The notes beneath the pieces were generated by a model that did not search any database, was not told the origin of the DNA, and worked only from the letters and a program-made list of their open reading frames with translations. A program made the position numbers and the translations under genes. Shown in pieces: positions 35,425 to 49,218 of a stretch of 64,000 nucleotides of DNA (position 1 is the first letter of the stretch; each line of letters starts with the position of its first letter). This stretch comes from Chiloscyllium plagiosum (taxonomy: Eukaryota), in the NCBI RefSeq assembly GCF_004010195.1, contig NC_057735.1, positions 40,964,291-41,028,290 on the forward strand, read 5' to 3'.

Positions 35425-35612
35425 TGTGGTGCTGGAAAAGCACAGCAGGCCAGGCAGCATCTGAAGAGCAGGACAATTGATGTTTCAGACAAAAACCCTT
35501 CGAATGATGAAGGGCTGATGAAGGGCGTTTGCCCTAAACATCGATTCTCCTGCTCCTTTTCTAGCACCACACTCTCGACTCTAATCTCCAGCATCTGCAG
35601 TGCTCACTTTTG
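35425..35612. mobile_element. Inverted pair of short Penelope-derived repeats with decayed hammerhead cores
   Basis: gtggtgctggaaaagcacagcagg.. facing ..ctgatgaagggcgtttgccctaaacatcg..ctagcaccac. Confidence 0.7.
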
Positions 35613-36824
35613 CCTTATCACTTGGAAAACCCGCTCCGTTTTTCCCACCAGCTGATCACAGAATGCTCCATATCCTGACTGGGGAGAGAATGCTCCCAAA
35701 GTACAGTATGACAGATATTATCCCTTACCTCATGTCATTTCTGTTCTTTTGTCCAAGTATGGATGCATCTCTATCCTATTCAGTTTCAAACAGTAAAACC
35801 ACTTGAGTTGTTGTTATCTCATGTTAGCTGAAATCCAGGCCAGAGAAACTACTGGAACTTGTTCTGTTAACTACTGGGTAAGATCCCAACTACTTTTGAT
35901 AAAAACATGATCTTTCCTCAAATAGGAGATAAGAATATAGAACATTACAGCACAATACAGGCCCTTCAGCCCTCAATATTGTGCCGACCTGTGGAACCAG
36001 TCTGAAGCCCATCTATTCTACACTATTCCATTTTCATCCATATGTTTATCAAATGACCATTTAAATGCCCTTAAAGTTGGAGAGTCTACTCCTATTGCAG
36101 ACAGTGCATTCAATGCCTCTACTACTCACTGAGTAAAGAAACTACCTCTGACATCTATCACCCCTCAACTTAAAGCTATGTCCCCTCATGCTAGCCATTG
36201 CGTCTGAGTCAGAGAGTCATAGAGATGTACAGCATAGAAACAGACCCTTTGGTCCAACCCGTCCATGCTGACCAGATATCACAACCCAATGTAGTCCCAC
36301 CTGCCAGCACCCGGCCCATATCCTTCCAAACTCTTCCTATTCATATACTCATCCAAATACCTCTTAAGTGTTGCAATTGTACCAGCCTCCACCACTTCCT
36401 CTGACAGCTCATTCCATACACGTACCACCCTCTGTGTAAAAAAGTTGCCCCTTAGGTCTCTTTTATATCTTTCCCCTTTCACCCTAAACCTATGCCCTCT
36501 AGTTCTGGACTCTCCGACCCCAGGGAAAAGACTTTGCCTATTTACCCTATCCATGCCCCTCATAATTTTGTAAACCTCTATAAGATCACCCCTCAACCTC
36601 CGACACTCCAGCCCTAGCCTGTTCAGCTTCTCCCTTTAGCTCAAATCTTCCAACCCTGGCAACATCCTTGTAAATCTTTTCTGAACCCTTCCAAGTTTCA
36701 CAACATCTTTCCAATAGGAAATAGACCAGAATTGCACGCAATATTCCAACAGTGGCCTAACCAATGTCCTGTACAGCCGCAACATGACCTCCCAACTCCT
36801 GTACTCAATACTCTGACCAATAAA

Positions 36825-37216
36825 NNNNNNNNNNNNNNNNNNNNNNNNNNNNNNNNNNNNNNNNNNNNNNNNNNNNNNNNNNNNNNNNNNNNNNNNNNNN
36901 NNNNNNNNNNNNNNNNNNNNNNNNNNNNNNNNNNNNNNNNNNNNNNNNNNNNNNNNNNNNNNNNNNNNNNNNNNNNNNNNNNNNNNNNNNNNNNNNNNNN
37001 NNNNNNNNNNNNNNNNNNNNNNNNNNNNNNNNNNNNNNNNNNNNNNNNNNNNNNNNNNNNNNNNNNNNNNNNNNNNNNNNNNNNNNNNNNNNNNNNNNNN
37101 NNNNNNNNNNNNNNNNNNNNNNNNNNNNNNNNNNNNNNNNNNNNNNNNNNNNNNNNNNNNNNNNNNNNNNNNNNNNNNNNNNNNNNNNNNNNNNNNNNNN
37201 NNNNNNNNNNNNNNNN
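36825..37216. other. Assembly gap
   Basis: Run of N. Confidence 1.
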
Positions 37217-38533
37217 TCCCACGCACAAAGCCATTTTGACTATCCCTAATCAGTCCTTGCCTTTCCAAATACATGTACATCTTGTCCCTCAGGATTCCCT
37301 CCAACAACTTGCCCACCACTGAAGTCAGGCTCACTGGTCTATAGTTCCCTGGCTTGTCTTTACCACCCTTCTTAAACAGTGGCACCACATTATCCAACCT
37401 CCAGTCTTTCGGCATCTCGCCTGTGACTATCGATGATACAAATATCTAAGCAAGAGGCCCAGCAATCACTTCTCTAGCTTCCCACAGAGTTCTCGGTTGC
37501 ACCTGATCAGGTCCTGGGGATTTATCCACCTTTACCCGTTTCAAGACATCCAGCACTTCCTCCTCTGTAATTTGGACATTTTGCAAGATGTCACCATCTA
37601 TTTCCCTACAGTCTATATCTTCCATATCCTTTTCCACAATAAATACTGATGCAAAATACTCATATAGTATCTTCCCCATTTTCTGTGGCTCCACACAAAG
37701 GCCGCCTTGCTGATTTTTACCCTTTTGTCTTTAATGTATTTGTAAAAACTCTTTGGATTCTCCTTAATTCTATTTGCCAAAGCTATCTCATGTCCTCTTT
37801 TTGCCCTTCTGACTTCCCTCTTAAGCATACTCCTACTTCCTTTATACTCTTCTAAGGATTCACTCAATCTATCCTGTCTCTACCTTACATATGCTTCCTT
37901 CTTTTTCTTAACCTAACCTTCAATTTCTTTAGTCATCCAACATTCCCTATATCTACCAGTCTTTCCTTTCACTCTAACCGAAATATACTTTCTTTGGATT
38001 CTCGTTATCTCATTTGAAGGCTTCCCATCTTCCAGCCAGCCCTTTGCCTGCAAACATCTGCCCCCAATCAGCTTTCGAAAGTTTCTTTAGATTACTTACA
38101 GTGTGGAAACAGGTCCTTCGGCCCAACAAGTCCACACCGTCCCACCAAAGTGCGACCCACCTGGACCCATTCCACTACAAGTTACCCCTTCACCTAACAC
38201 TACGGGCAATTTAGCTTGGCCAATCCACCTAACCTGCACATTTTTGGACTTTCTTGCCTAATATTGGCAAAATTGGCCTTTCTCCAATTTAGAACTTCAA
38301 CTTTTAGATCTGGTCTATCCTTTTCCATCACTATTTTAAATCTAATAGAATTATGGTCGCTGCCCCAAAGCCTTCCCTGTTAGGCCCCTTGCATTGAAAT
38401 AAATGCAGTTTAATTTATTAGTCCTACCTTGTCCCTGCCTCCCCTGTTAGATTCACTTTTGTTCGCAACTGTACCAGTCTCAGATTGATCTCTTTCCTCA
38501 CTATCTCCCTGGGTTCCACAACCCCCCCCCCCC

Positions 38534-38581
38534 NNNNNNNNNNNNNNNNNNNNNNNNNNNNNNNNNNNNNNNNNNNNNNNN
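38534..38581. other. Assembly gap
   Basis: Run of N. Confidence 1.
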
Positions 38582-39367
38582 TGGGAGTAATCCAGATATT
38601 ACTACCTTTGAGGACCTCCTTTCTAAATTTCTGCCTAACTCTCTGTTATCTCCCTTCAGAATCTCAACCTTTTCCCTTCCAATATCATTAGTTCCAATGT
38701 GGACAATGACCTCCTGCTGGCCCCTCTTCCCCGTGAGAACATTCTGCATCCTCTCTGAGACATCCTTGATCCTGGCACCAGGGAAACAACACACCATTCT
38801 GCTTTTTCTCTGCTGGCCACAGAAACGTCTGTCTGTACCTCGGACTACAGAATCCCCTAAAACAATTGATCTCTTGGAAGCTGACGTACCCCTCATTGTA
38901 TTAGAGCCAGTCTCAATACCAGAAACGTGGCTGTTCATGCTACGTTCCCCTGAGAATCCATCACCCCTACATTTTCCAAAACAGCATACCTGTTTCAAAT
39001 GGGTATATCCACAAAAGACTCCTGCACTAACTCCCTACCTCTCTTACCCTTCCTGGAGTTAACCCATCTATGTGACTGTATCTGAGACTTTCCCTCCTTC
39101 CTATAACTGCCATCCATCACATACTGTTGCTGTTGCAAATTCCGCATTGCTTCTAACTGTCTCTCCAACCAATCCATTTTGTCTGATAAGATTCACAGCC
39201 AACAGCATTTATGGCAGATATAATCTGCAGTAACCCTTGAACTCTCTTTAAACTCCAACATCTGACAAGAAGTATATGTCACTCTATTAAAGGCCATTTT
39301 TGCTCCTTCACAATCTAAAGACCCAGAAAATAACACTATCTTATTCCTCTACAAACACTGCCCCAGG

Positions 39368-40400
39368 TTAAAGTCTCTCACTGTCCACCCTATCGAATTC
39401 CCTGATTATCTTGTATGTTTCAATTAAGTCACCTCTCAACCTTCTTCTCTCTAATGAAAACAGCCTCAAGTTCCTCAGCCTTTCCTCATAGGACCTTCTC
39501 TCCTTAGCAGGAAACATCCCAGTAAATCTCTCTGATCTCTTTCCAAAGCTTCCACATTCTTCCCATAATGCAGTGACCAGAACTCTAGGCAATGCTCCAA
39601 CTGCAGCTGCACCAGAGTTTTGTACAGCAAACATGACCTTGTGGCTCCAAAACACAATCCCTCTACCAATAATGGCTAACACACTGTATGCCTTCTTAAC
39701 AACCCTACCAAACTGGGTGGCAACTTTCAAGGGTCTATGTACATGGACACCAAGATCTCTCTGCTCATCTACACTATCAAGATTCTTACCATGAGCCAAG
39801 AACTCTTTATTCCTTCCAAAGTGAATCACCTCACATTTTTCTGCATTAAACTCCATTTGCCACCTCTCAGCCCAGCTCTGCAACCTTTTTATGTCCCTCT
39901 GTACCTGCAACATCCTTCAGAACTATCCAGAACTCCACTGACTTTAGCGTCATCCGCAAATTTACTAACTCATTCTCCTATGCCCTCATCTAGGTCATTT
40001 ATAAAAAAGACAAACAACAATGGCCCCAAACACAGACCTTTGCCATACACCACTAGTAACTGAACTCCAGGATGAATATTTCCCATCAATCACTAACTTC
40101 TGTTTTCTTTCAACTCGCCAACTTCTGATCCAAACCGCTAAATCACCGTCAAATCCATGCCTCCATATGTTGTACAATAGCCTATTGTGAGGAACCTTAT
40201 CAAATGTCTTATTGAAATCCACATCAACCGCTTTACCCTCATCCACCTGTTTGGTCACCATCTCATAGAACTCAAGCATGCTTGTGAGGCATGACCTACC
40301 CTTCACAAAGCCATGTTGGCTATCCCCAATCAAGTTATTCCTCTCTAGATGATTATAAATCGTATCTCTTATAACCTTTTCAAACACTTTACCCACAGCT
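39368..40400 (-). mobile_element. CR1 ORF2 RT fragment (second subfamily)
   Basis: DSQHGFVKGRSCLT..DFNKTFDKVPH; WQMEFNAEKCEVIHFG; RRRLRGDLIETYKI. Confidence 0.9.
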
Positions 40401-40431
40401 GAAGTAAATAGTTCTATCTATAAGTATCTAA

Positions 40432-41130
40432 AGTCATAGAGATGTACAGCACCGAAACAGACATTCAGTCCAGTTCATTCATGCCAACCAGATAACCCGA
40501 ACTAATCTAGTCCTATTTGCCAACATTTGGCCCACATCCCTCTAAACTCTTCTTATTCACGTACCCATCCAGATGCCTTTTAAATGTTGCAATTGTACCA
40601 GCCTCCACCACTTCCCCTGGTACCTCATTCCATACAAGCACCACCCTCTGAGTAAAAATGTTGCCCCTTAGGTCCTTTTTAAATCTCTCCTCTCTCTCCT
40701 TAGACCTATTCCCTCTAGTTTTGGATTCCCCTACACTGGGGAAAAGACCTTGGCTATTCAGCCCATCCATACCCTTCACGATTTTATAAACCTCTGTAAG
40801 GTCACCCATCAGCCTCCGACATTCCAGGGAAAATAGCCCCAACCTATTCAGCCTCTCTTTATAGCTCAAGCCCTCCAAACCTGGCAACATCACTGTAAAT
40901 CATTTCTTAACCCTTTCAAGGTTCACATTATCTTTCTCATAGCAGAGAGACCAGAATTGAATGCAGTATTCTAAAAGTGGCCTAACCAATGTCCTGTACA
41001 ACACAGCATGACATCTAAACTCCTACAATGAATGGACGGACCAATAAAGACAAGGGTACCAAATGCTTTCTTCATTATGACTTCACCTTCAGGGAATTAT
41101 GAACCTGAACCCCAAGGTCTCTGTGCTCTC
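40432..41130 (-). mobile_element. CR1 3' fragment
   Basis: LPGLEGLSYKERLNRLGLFSLE..FTQRVVLVWN..FKRHLDGY. Confidence 0.9.
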
Positions 41131-41149
41131 CCACTGAATATTTAAATGG

Positions 41150-42400
41150 TGGCACCTTGTTGACCTTGTTGAGAGAGATTTTTAAAAATTTGTTGCTGAC
41201 TTTTCCCAGTGTACTGGACCACAAAGTCTCTCATGGTGTTATATCATGGACTCCATCCAGTTCTGTTTCACTGCCCCCTGTGGGAGTTGGGTGAGGTGTC
41301 TTCACTGGGCAACCCACTGGGTCTACGTAAGTTGCCACTAAGAGGAGCTGTACCCATGGCGACCCAGCCAACGGTGACCATGTTAACCCGCTACGTGGGA
41401 TGATCAACATAACGTTTGAGGTTTCGGTTCCCTCTTTCCATTCCACTTGAAGCTGGGTGACAAGCCGCGGGCAGCTTAGGACTGATTTTTGTAAAGTGCT
41501 AAAGTTCTGACAAGAAACATCGCTGGTGAAACTTGAGCCCTGGTTGCTATCAAGCTAAGCTGGTAACCCACAACTTCAGACTATTGGTTTATAAGACTAA
41601 ACAGTATCTGTAGCCTGCGGGTGCAATGATAAAAGATCCTAGAATTCTATCTGGATCTGTGTCCAGGGATAGCTTTTGAAACATTCTCTGATTAGAATGG
41701 TCCTTGGGTTAAGCTGGATAAGAGGAAGATGCCTCCAAGTCCTGACCACGTAGTCGGCTTCACAGCCTGGACAAAGGGCGGTTTCTTCAGGAGAACATTA
41801 CCAAATAGTGGCCTTTGGTGGGGTGAGTGTGCAATGACACAAACAGTTCATCTCCTATTGCTGGAGGAACACAAACAACAGGTAGCCCATGAATGTAACT
41901 ACAAACCGAGGATGTGGTTGATACGTATGAGTCGGTCTAAAATGGGGAAGTAGGCTGGACCTGTCAGATCGGAACTGACCCTGCCTGGTGTCACTCAATA
42001 TCAATGTGAAAGGATCTTCTGTGGGCTACAAAGAGACCAGTTTATTGGACTGATCACTACTACAGTTAGTGGGTCAGGTTCTCTGGGCTTTGCACATGTG
42101 GGATCTTCTATAGAGACCTGTTTTGCAGACTGATCTGCCATGCATGTGACAAGGGGTTTGTTGGAGTGGGAATTTGACTTAACTTTGTCCACATTAGCGA
42201 ACTCCATACAGCCTTACAATACTGCATTTGGAATCCACTATAAAACACTATTCTGCATATACAGTGGTTAATTTGGCAAAGTGTTAATGACAAAGGCACT
42301 GCTGTTGGTACTTGAATCCATAGCTTCCAAGTGCATGGGTTCTTTTGAGGCTTATGTCTCGTGTGTGTGAGGGTTCTCCTTCCAATCTAACAAGCTAACT
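41150..42400 (-). mobile_element. Very decayed retroviral/LTR-type integrase remnant
   Basis: Minus translation gives GLPA*LDSNQGSSFT (cf. integrase GxP..L.SDQG..FT) near 41520-41570 and AHSPHQRP/HPTKGH-like histidine pair near 41805-41835. Confidence 0.4.
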
Positions 42401-42719
42401 AAATAGGATGTGCCAAGGAACAAGCCAAAACAAAAAGTCAACGCGACACAGTGGCTGTGTACTAACTCTGTATGCTACACACAATACAATCTGGTGGACT
42501 TCAGCCCATTTCTCCTCTGTACTAACCGGCCGCAGTCTCCATTTCTGCCTTAGGATTCTATCTTTCAGTAATAACCTTCCAGAATATTCTCTGCCTCCTT
42601 TCCGGAGTACGCATCCACATATAAATCTTTTAACATCTTGTCTTGTTGTTGCAAGTCCCTTATCCTTTCAGGACTAAACATCTGAACTAAACAGTCTGAC
42701 CCTCTGCCTGTTCATTTTT

Positions 42720-45465
42720 TTCCTGCACCATTACATCAAACAGAGTATCCACTAACTAAACTCCTACATCTCTCTCTTTAGTATTTGCTTCTTGCTGTGA
42801 CTTATGATAGCGGGATCTGGTTATCAGTCTGGGAAAATACCAGGATATTTCTATTTTAACTCCTCAGTTTCTTGGTCTTCCTTGGGCTTCTCCACAGCAA
42901 GGGGTGTCACTCCCACCTTGGACCTTGCTAAATCATTTCCAAAAACAAATTGAATTCCTGGAACTGACACTCTGTCAATCACTCCCGCTGTAACTTCCCC
43001 AATTTTAAGTTGGCACTCCAACCTAATCTTACATAGGGGAACGCTAAATTTCTGTTATTTATCCCACAAGTTACCACATTCTCAGGTAACAGATCAGAAA
43101 GAGTGCAAATTCGCTCATCCCTTACTAATAGCAACTGGTTAGATCCTGTATCTCTCAAAATTATAACTTCTTGCCCTTCTCCCCCTGTTCTTTCTGAGTA
43201 AACTTTATCCACAGAGGTGAATTCTTTGTAGAGATCAGGTACTAACTCCATACCCAGCCCCTGCCTGGGCTGTGCAGTCTCCTGCAGCTCCTCATCTCTT
43301 CTTCAGGTTTCCTTTGTTACTTTCACTAATGCCACTGGCTTAGCTTCTTTTACTACATCTTTACCCCATTCTTTGATAACCAGCACTGTGACTTTTCGTG
43401 TCCCACTTTACCACAGTGGAAACATCTGAGGCCTTTCACCTCCTTTCCAACTTCTTGGGCTTATTTTTTAACCTGTGGTAAACTCTTACCAGTGTTCTCT
43501 ATTCTTTCTTTTGTAGCGTAGGATCTCTCCTTCTCCCAACTTCTATTCTCTCACAGGATGAAATTCTGGCCGGAAGCTTGTCTTAAGCACCAACATGTAT
43601 TCAACTGCTAATTCTGCTGCCCTTCTCAATTCCTGAACTTTCAGTTCCTCCATGTGAATTCTTATCATCTCTGGTAGAGAACTTTTAAACTCCTCCAGCA
43701 GAGTAATCTCTCTTAGAGTATTATAGGCCCTATCTATCTTTAAAGCATGCACCCATCCATCAAAAGGACCACGTTTAATTCTTTCAAACTCAACATAAGT
43801 CTGACCTGGTTCCTTCTTTGTGTTTCTGAACCATTGTCTCTCTGCTTCTGGCGCCAAATCATAAGCACTTAAAATAGCCTGTTTGACCTCTTCATAATCT
43901 CTTGACCCTTCATCTGGCAGCGTGGCAAATACCTCACTAACTTTGCCAACCAGTTTAGTCTGAACTAGCATTACCCATAAATCTTCGGACCACTCCATCT
44001 GCCTAGCCAATTTTTCAAATGAAATAAAGAAGCTTCAACATCTTTCTCTCAAAATGTGGCAGAGTTTTGACATATTTGTATATATCACTACCTTCTCTTT
44101 TAATTTCCATCCTGTTAACTTAACTTTGCTGACTAAGTTGTAACCTCTCAAGTTCAAATTCTCTCTCTTTTTGTCTCTCCCTTTCTCTCTCCCTTTCTTC
44201 TCTCTCTCTCTTTCTCTATCTCTTTCTTCTCTCTGCTCAACCTTCTCTCTTTTTCCTTTCTCTCTCACTTGCCTCTCTTTTTCTCTCCCTCTCTCATTCT
44301 CTTTCCTCTCCCTCTCTTTGTTTATCTTCTAACTTCATTTTCTTCAATTGTAATTTAAGTTTTTCTACCTCTAATGCACTTGTCTGTTTCTCTGACACAT
44401 CTAAGTGTTTAAATAACTCCCTTACAATCCCAGCTTTAATTATGTCTTTGGTTAAGCCCAAATCTAACTTACTTGCTAATTCTATTCCTTTTTTATTTCC
44501 TTCTAAACTTTCTTGGTAAATTTGAGAATCATTTTCAAATCCCAGAGTCTCTTTAGCAATTTTAAGAGCCATTTCTCTCACTTTTAATTTAACCAACCAC
44601 AAGTCACCGAAATTAAACAAATTGTCTCACCTAGGTTTTATTTAAAGATCTAGGACACTAACCTGCAAGTGTTTAAATATATTGGGCATTTTCGTACCCC
44701 AAATCTATTCAAATCTGTCCAAATCTCAGACTGGCTCTGTTTAAATCTGTTCAAATTGTGGACAAAAGCCCCGAAACTGCTCTGACATGGAGTAAACCCC
44801 TCTGCTAATTTAAACCAGCCACACAGAAAAGATTCAGCCCATGCTGTAATTTGTTAAAAGTCTGGAGGCAAAGAACTATCCCAGTGGTCACTATTTAAAG
44901 TAACAATTAACAACTTTATTCTTTAAGTCCAACAGAGAATATTAAAGCCAACAACTATTTACCTCCCACTATATACTGGTCCAATAAAAAAAATCCCGAT
45001 TCTGATTTACAAAAGAACATCAAGTTTCAAAACCAGTCAGCTTTGTCAATTCTCCTTTGTAGATTCTCTCCAGGTCGGCCTCAATGTTCTGATGCACACT
45101 CCCCACTGACAGGTACCTTTCAGAGAGCTCTTTAGCTAGCAGTCCAGATTTGATGGTCTTTGGCAGTTCTCCCCCTAACTGTTCAAAATGTTCGGTTTTA
45201 TATCCCAAAACATCAGATCATTTCATTGGTTTTAATATTATCAAAATACTAAATTAAATTTGATTGGATTTTGCTGTCTTGGGTCATAATTTAAACTGAT
45301 TGGCCAAATTTGAATTTGTTTTTATTTCATGGCAACTTACCTGCTGATATTTGTTTTGACCAAATGTTACATTGTTACCTTGTCCAGATCTCTCTGTGCG
45401 TTGTCCATCCTTGCTAGCTTTTCAACTCTCTTAAAAGTATAGTACACCTCTACACCTTCATAACA
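42720..45465 (-). mobile_element. Gypsy (Gmr1-like) LTR retrotransposon 5' half: LTR, PBS, gag (SCAN-like capsid, CCHC) and protease; broken
   Basis: Putative LTR TG(45465)..CA(44778) followed by gtttcggggcttttgtcc (degenerate tRNA-Asp-type PBS); gag W..LVQTKLVGK..DYEEVKQAILSAYDLAPEAERQWFR; zinc knuckle CFHCGKVGHEKSQC at about 43383-43424; protease ILRDTGSNQ. Confidence 0.85.
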
Positions 45466-46261
45466 CTAGCCTTCTCCTCAAATAGTCTTTCTTAGATGTG
45501 GGAAAAGATGGTGGCACAACAGTACACAGATAAAATTTTTGAAATTGTGAAGGGTAAAGAAACTGACCTAACACCGTTTGAACAGAAGAGCTCAACATAA
45601 TTCTTTTTCCTAAAACTTAATCTTACAGCTGTAAGACCAGAAAATAACATAAATGCCACTGAGCTGAACAGGAGAAATCCCTGAGTGTAGAAACACCTGT
45701 AAAAAGAGACCAATTATCCAGGATAGATATGATCCTTCAGAGACAAAATGCCAAAAAATGCTGAGAAACAGAATTAAGATTTCTGGCAATCACTTAGCAA
45801 CTCTATACTACTTACTCAAAGTAAGTTTTATTAACAAGCAAGTTAGGAAAGTTCTTCACAAATATGCTCATGATACATTGATTGATAGAATTGAGACAAT
45901 AATTATTTCTTGTAAGTCAAAGTTTCAGAGCCCTAACAGTGCATTTAGTTAATTCTTTATTATTTTGATGGCAAGGGCAAGAAATGCAAGTTTTATTCAG
46001 TAACTAATAAGCTTTATTTATTTCAAGTGTTAAAAATTATTATCAAAGAAAGAAGATGCCCAAATCTGATCATATGGTGTAAAATCCGGTACATAAATAC
46101 CTCAGACAGAGAGAAAAAAATCAGTGTGAAAATGTCATGGTTGCCAGCTGTGATATAGTCAAAATAAAATACAACAGGTTTTGATGATTAAAGGCATTTT
46201 GAGAAAGTTTCTGCTGACGGATCCTTCAGTATGGTTTAACCTGCTTGACAAAATAGGAACA

Positions 46262-46470
46262 AAAATAGAAATTGCTGGAAAAGCTCAGCAGCACTGGCAG
46301 CATCTGTAGTGAGAAATGAGAATTAACGTTCTGGCTGTGGTGACCCTTCTTCAGAACCGACCCGAAACGTTATCTTTGATTTCTCTCCACAGATGCCAGA
46401 CTTGTTGACCTTTTCCAGAAATTCTCAACTTCTGTTTCTTATTTACAGCATCTGCAGTCCTTTCCATTTT
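46262..46470. mobile_element. Fold-back short Penelope-derived repeat (second family)
   Basis: gaaattgctggaaaagctcagcag..gcatctgt..gacccttcttcagaac facing cccgaaacgtta..ctccacagatgcc..ttttccagaaattc; related copies near 16615, 19070, 29080, 52880, 55200, 56560-57100 and 58825. Confidence 0.65.
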
Positions 46471-47139
46471 TATTTGGAAAGGGGATTGTTTCATTCATTG
46501 GTAAGGAAACACTGACTTTTACATTGAAAATAGCTTTTGCAACTTCAGAAGTTTCAATAGCTTTCGATTTTAGTACTGCAACCAACCTTTACAACAACAA
46601 AGATTAAACAGCAATTTTAATCAACAAATACCACAAAACAATAAATTGAGTGAACTACAAGGAGATCAAAATCATAATAATTATCATCCAAACCACAACT
46701 TTAATAGCTCATCAACAATTACCCATACAAGTCACCATAACCAATCATTTCACCAGAGATTCAATTCTAGTTATCAAATCCAATTGATATGTCCATGAAT
46801 TGGCAAATGCAGAAAGTACAACTCCTCAGATTTTGAACAGCTTCAGCACTGAATATGAAATCAAATGCAAAATAGGTCAGCACACCCTAACTTGTTGTGA
46901 TAGTAGATTAGAGTATTTATAAACTTGTTTTGACTTTTAATTCTAAAATGTGTGTTATTTTCAAAAAGAGGGCTATTACAGAAAAACTGTGGATTTAAAT
47001 TCGATGACGTCTGGCAAAGCCCTGTGTGAAGCCATAGAAGGTCACACCTATAAAGCGTTAGAGATACTTCAAACAAGGGACGACTTAACAAGAAGAAATT
47101 ACAAGGGGGACTGACTGTCTCTCCCCTAGCAAGAGAAAG

Positions 47140-48675
47140 CCACCTCTTGCATTCATGGGGGAAGGCAATGATCTAGTCTTATTATCGCTAGACTATTAAT
47201 CCAGAAACTATCTAATGTTCTGGGGACCCGGGTTCAAATCCTACCACAGTAGATAGTGGAATTTGAATTCAAATAAAAAATCTGGAGTTGAGGATCTAAT
47301 GATGACCATGAAAACATTATTGATTGCCAGAAAGGTCACCTGGTTCACTAATGTTCTTCAGGGAAATAACTCTGCCATCCTCACCTGGCTTGGCCAAATG
47401 TGACTCCACAGAAGGGTGGTTGACTCTCAACTGTGCTCTGAGATGAGCTACCAAGCCATTCAGTTGTACCAATAGCTATAAAGTCTCAAACAAATGAAAC
47501 CAGACAGATTAACTGGAATTGACCCTCGGTACCAGAAAAGTCAATGGCAGAAACAGACATGTCAACCCCTGAAAGTCCTCTCTTCTAACATTTGGGGGCT
47601 AGTGCCAAAATTGGGAGAGCTGCCTCACAGACTGGTCAAGCAACAGTCAGACATAGTCATACTCACAAATCATACCTTACAAATAATGTCCAAGACACTA
47701 CCATCACTATCCCTAGATATGTCTTATTACACCGGCAGGACAGACCCAGCAGAGGTGGCAGCATAGGCGTATACAGTTGGGAAGGAGTTGCCATGGGAGC
47801 CCTCAATATTGGCTGGAGACTCCAATAAGTCTAATGACTTCAGGTTAAACATTGGCAAGTAAACCTCCTGCTGATTACCACATACCATCTTCCCTTGGCT
47901 GATGAATTAGCACTATTCATGTTGAACAACAGTTGGAGGAAGCACTGAGGGTGGCAAGGGTGCAGAATATACTCTGGGTGGGGCTTTTAATGTTCACCAC
48001 CAAGAATGGCTTGGCAGCAGTACCACTGAGCAAGCTGGCCAGATCCTCAAGGACATAGCTACTAGACTGGATCTGTGAGGAACCAATAACGGGGAAAAAC
48101 ATACTTGACCTCCTTATCAATCTGCTGCCTGCAGATGAATCTGTCCATGACAGTATCGGTAATAGTGCCTACCGCACAGTCCTTGGGAAGACGAAGTCCT
48201 GTTTTCACTTTGAGAATTACCTCCATCATGTGGTGTGGCACTATCACTGTACTAAATGAGACAGACTTCAAACAGATTTGGCAACTCAAGATCGGGCATC
48301 CATGAAGCGCTGTGGGCCTTCAACAGCAGCAGAATTGTACTCCAGCACAATCTGTGACCTCATGTTCCAGTATATCCCCAATTCAACCATGACCATTAAG
48401 CCAGGGGATTAATCCTGGTTCAATGGAGAGTGCAGAAGGGCTTGCCCCAGGAGCAGCAGCAGGCATACCTAAAAATGAGGTGTCAACCTGGTGAAGCCAC
48501 CAAACAGGACAACTGCACACCAAACAGCATAAGCATCAAGTGGCAGAGCTAAGTGTTCCCACAATCAATGCATCAGATCTAAGCCCTGCAGTCCTGCCAC
48601 ATCCAGTAGTGAATGGTGTTGGACAATTAAACAAATCAGTGGAGGGGGCTCCACAAATATCCCCATTCTCAATAT
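47140..48675 (+). mobile_element. CR1/L2-like LINE 5' part (endonuclease), decayed
   Basis: NIWGLVPKLGELPHRLVKQQSDIVILT, LHRQDRPSRGG, GxFNVHHQEW and GGSTNIPILN segments. Confidence 0.8.
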
Positions 48676-48843
48676 TGGAATTCTTTTCCACAATCAGCTG
48701 TTGATGCCTTTGGCCCATGTCCTTGAATATGTAACTGTGCTACAGACTAGCCACAATTTCATTGAATGGCAGAACAGGCTTGAAAGGCTGTATTGTTCCT
48801 ATATTGCTAATGTGCCCTTCTTCAATCACCAACCCCTCAGTTG
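48642..48843. repeat. Left arm of an approximately 200-bp inverted repeat (partner 50471-50681)
   Basis: gagggggctccacaaatatcccc..ccttgaatatgtaactgtgctacagactagccacaatttcattgaatggcagaacaggcttgaaaggctg is the reverse complement of 50533-50681. Confidence 0.92.
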
Positions 48844-49218
48844 GTTGCAACAAAGTTAATTTTTCAAAAATAATCCTGTACTTGTGGATACTCTTCTTAT
48901 ATTAAAAGGGGCCAATTTACTAGGTTTTGTTGAATTAACGAAATGTGTGAGTCTATTAATTACACATGCTAGGTGAAATAGAAAAATAACAAATATGCAC
49001 ATAGATTAAATATAAAAAATATAAATGTAAAAACTGATCAGTCCCTGAATTGTTTCTGAAGATTTGAAAGTTGAAAATTCTCGCCATTGCATTGGAGTTT
49101 GCTCGTAGCATTGATGTTAATGGTCAGACAGTTGGTTTTTGAAATTCTTCGCTGTGAGGCTGATTGAAGTTCCTTAGTCCTGATTCCTTTTTTAACTGGT
49201 TTGTAACATTGAATGTGT

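Larger units (their letters stand above)
36205..39367 (-). mobile_element. Long, partly deleted CR1 LINE (ORF1 esterase plus ORF2) spanning two gaps, with a SINE fragment at about 38086-38250
   Basis: ORF1 IVLGDSVVRGTDRRFCG..CCFPGARIKDV..VHIGTNDIG (SGNH esterase); ORF2 VVPLFKKG..PGNYRPVSLTSVVGK, RGDLIEVYKIM; 3' tail at about 36210. Confidence 0.92.

Noticed and set aside
44160-44320. CT-rich tract as an independent microsatellite or gene
   Set aside because: It is the E/R/K low-complexity part of the Gypsy gag on the minus strand.
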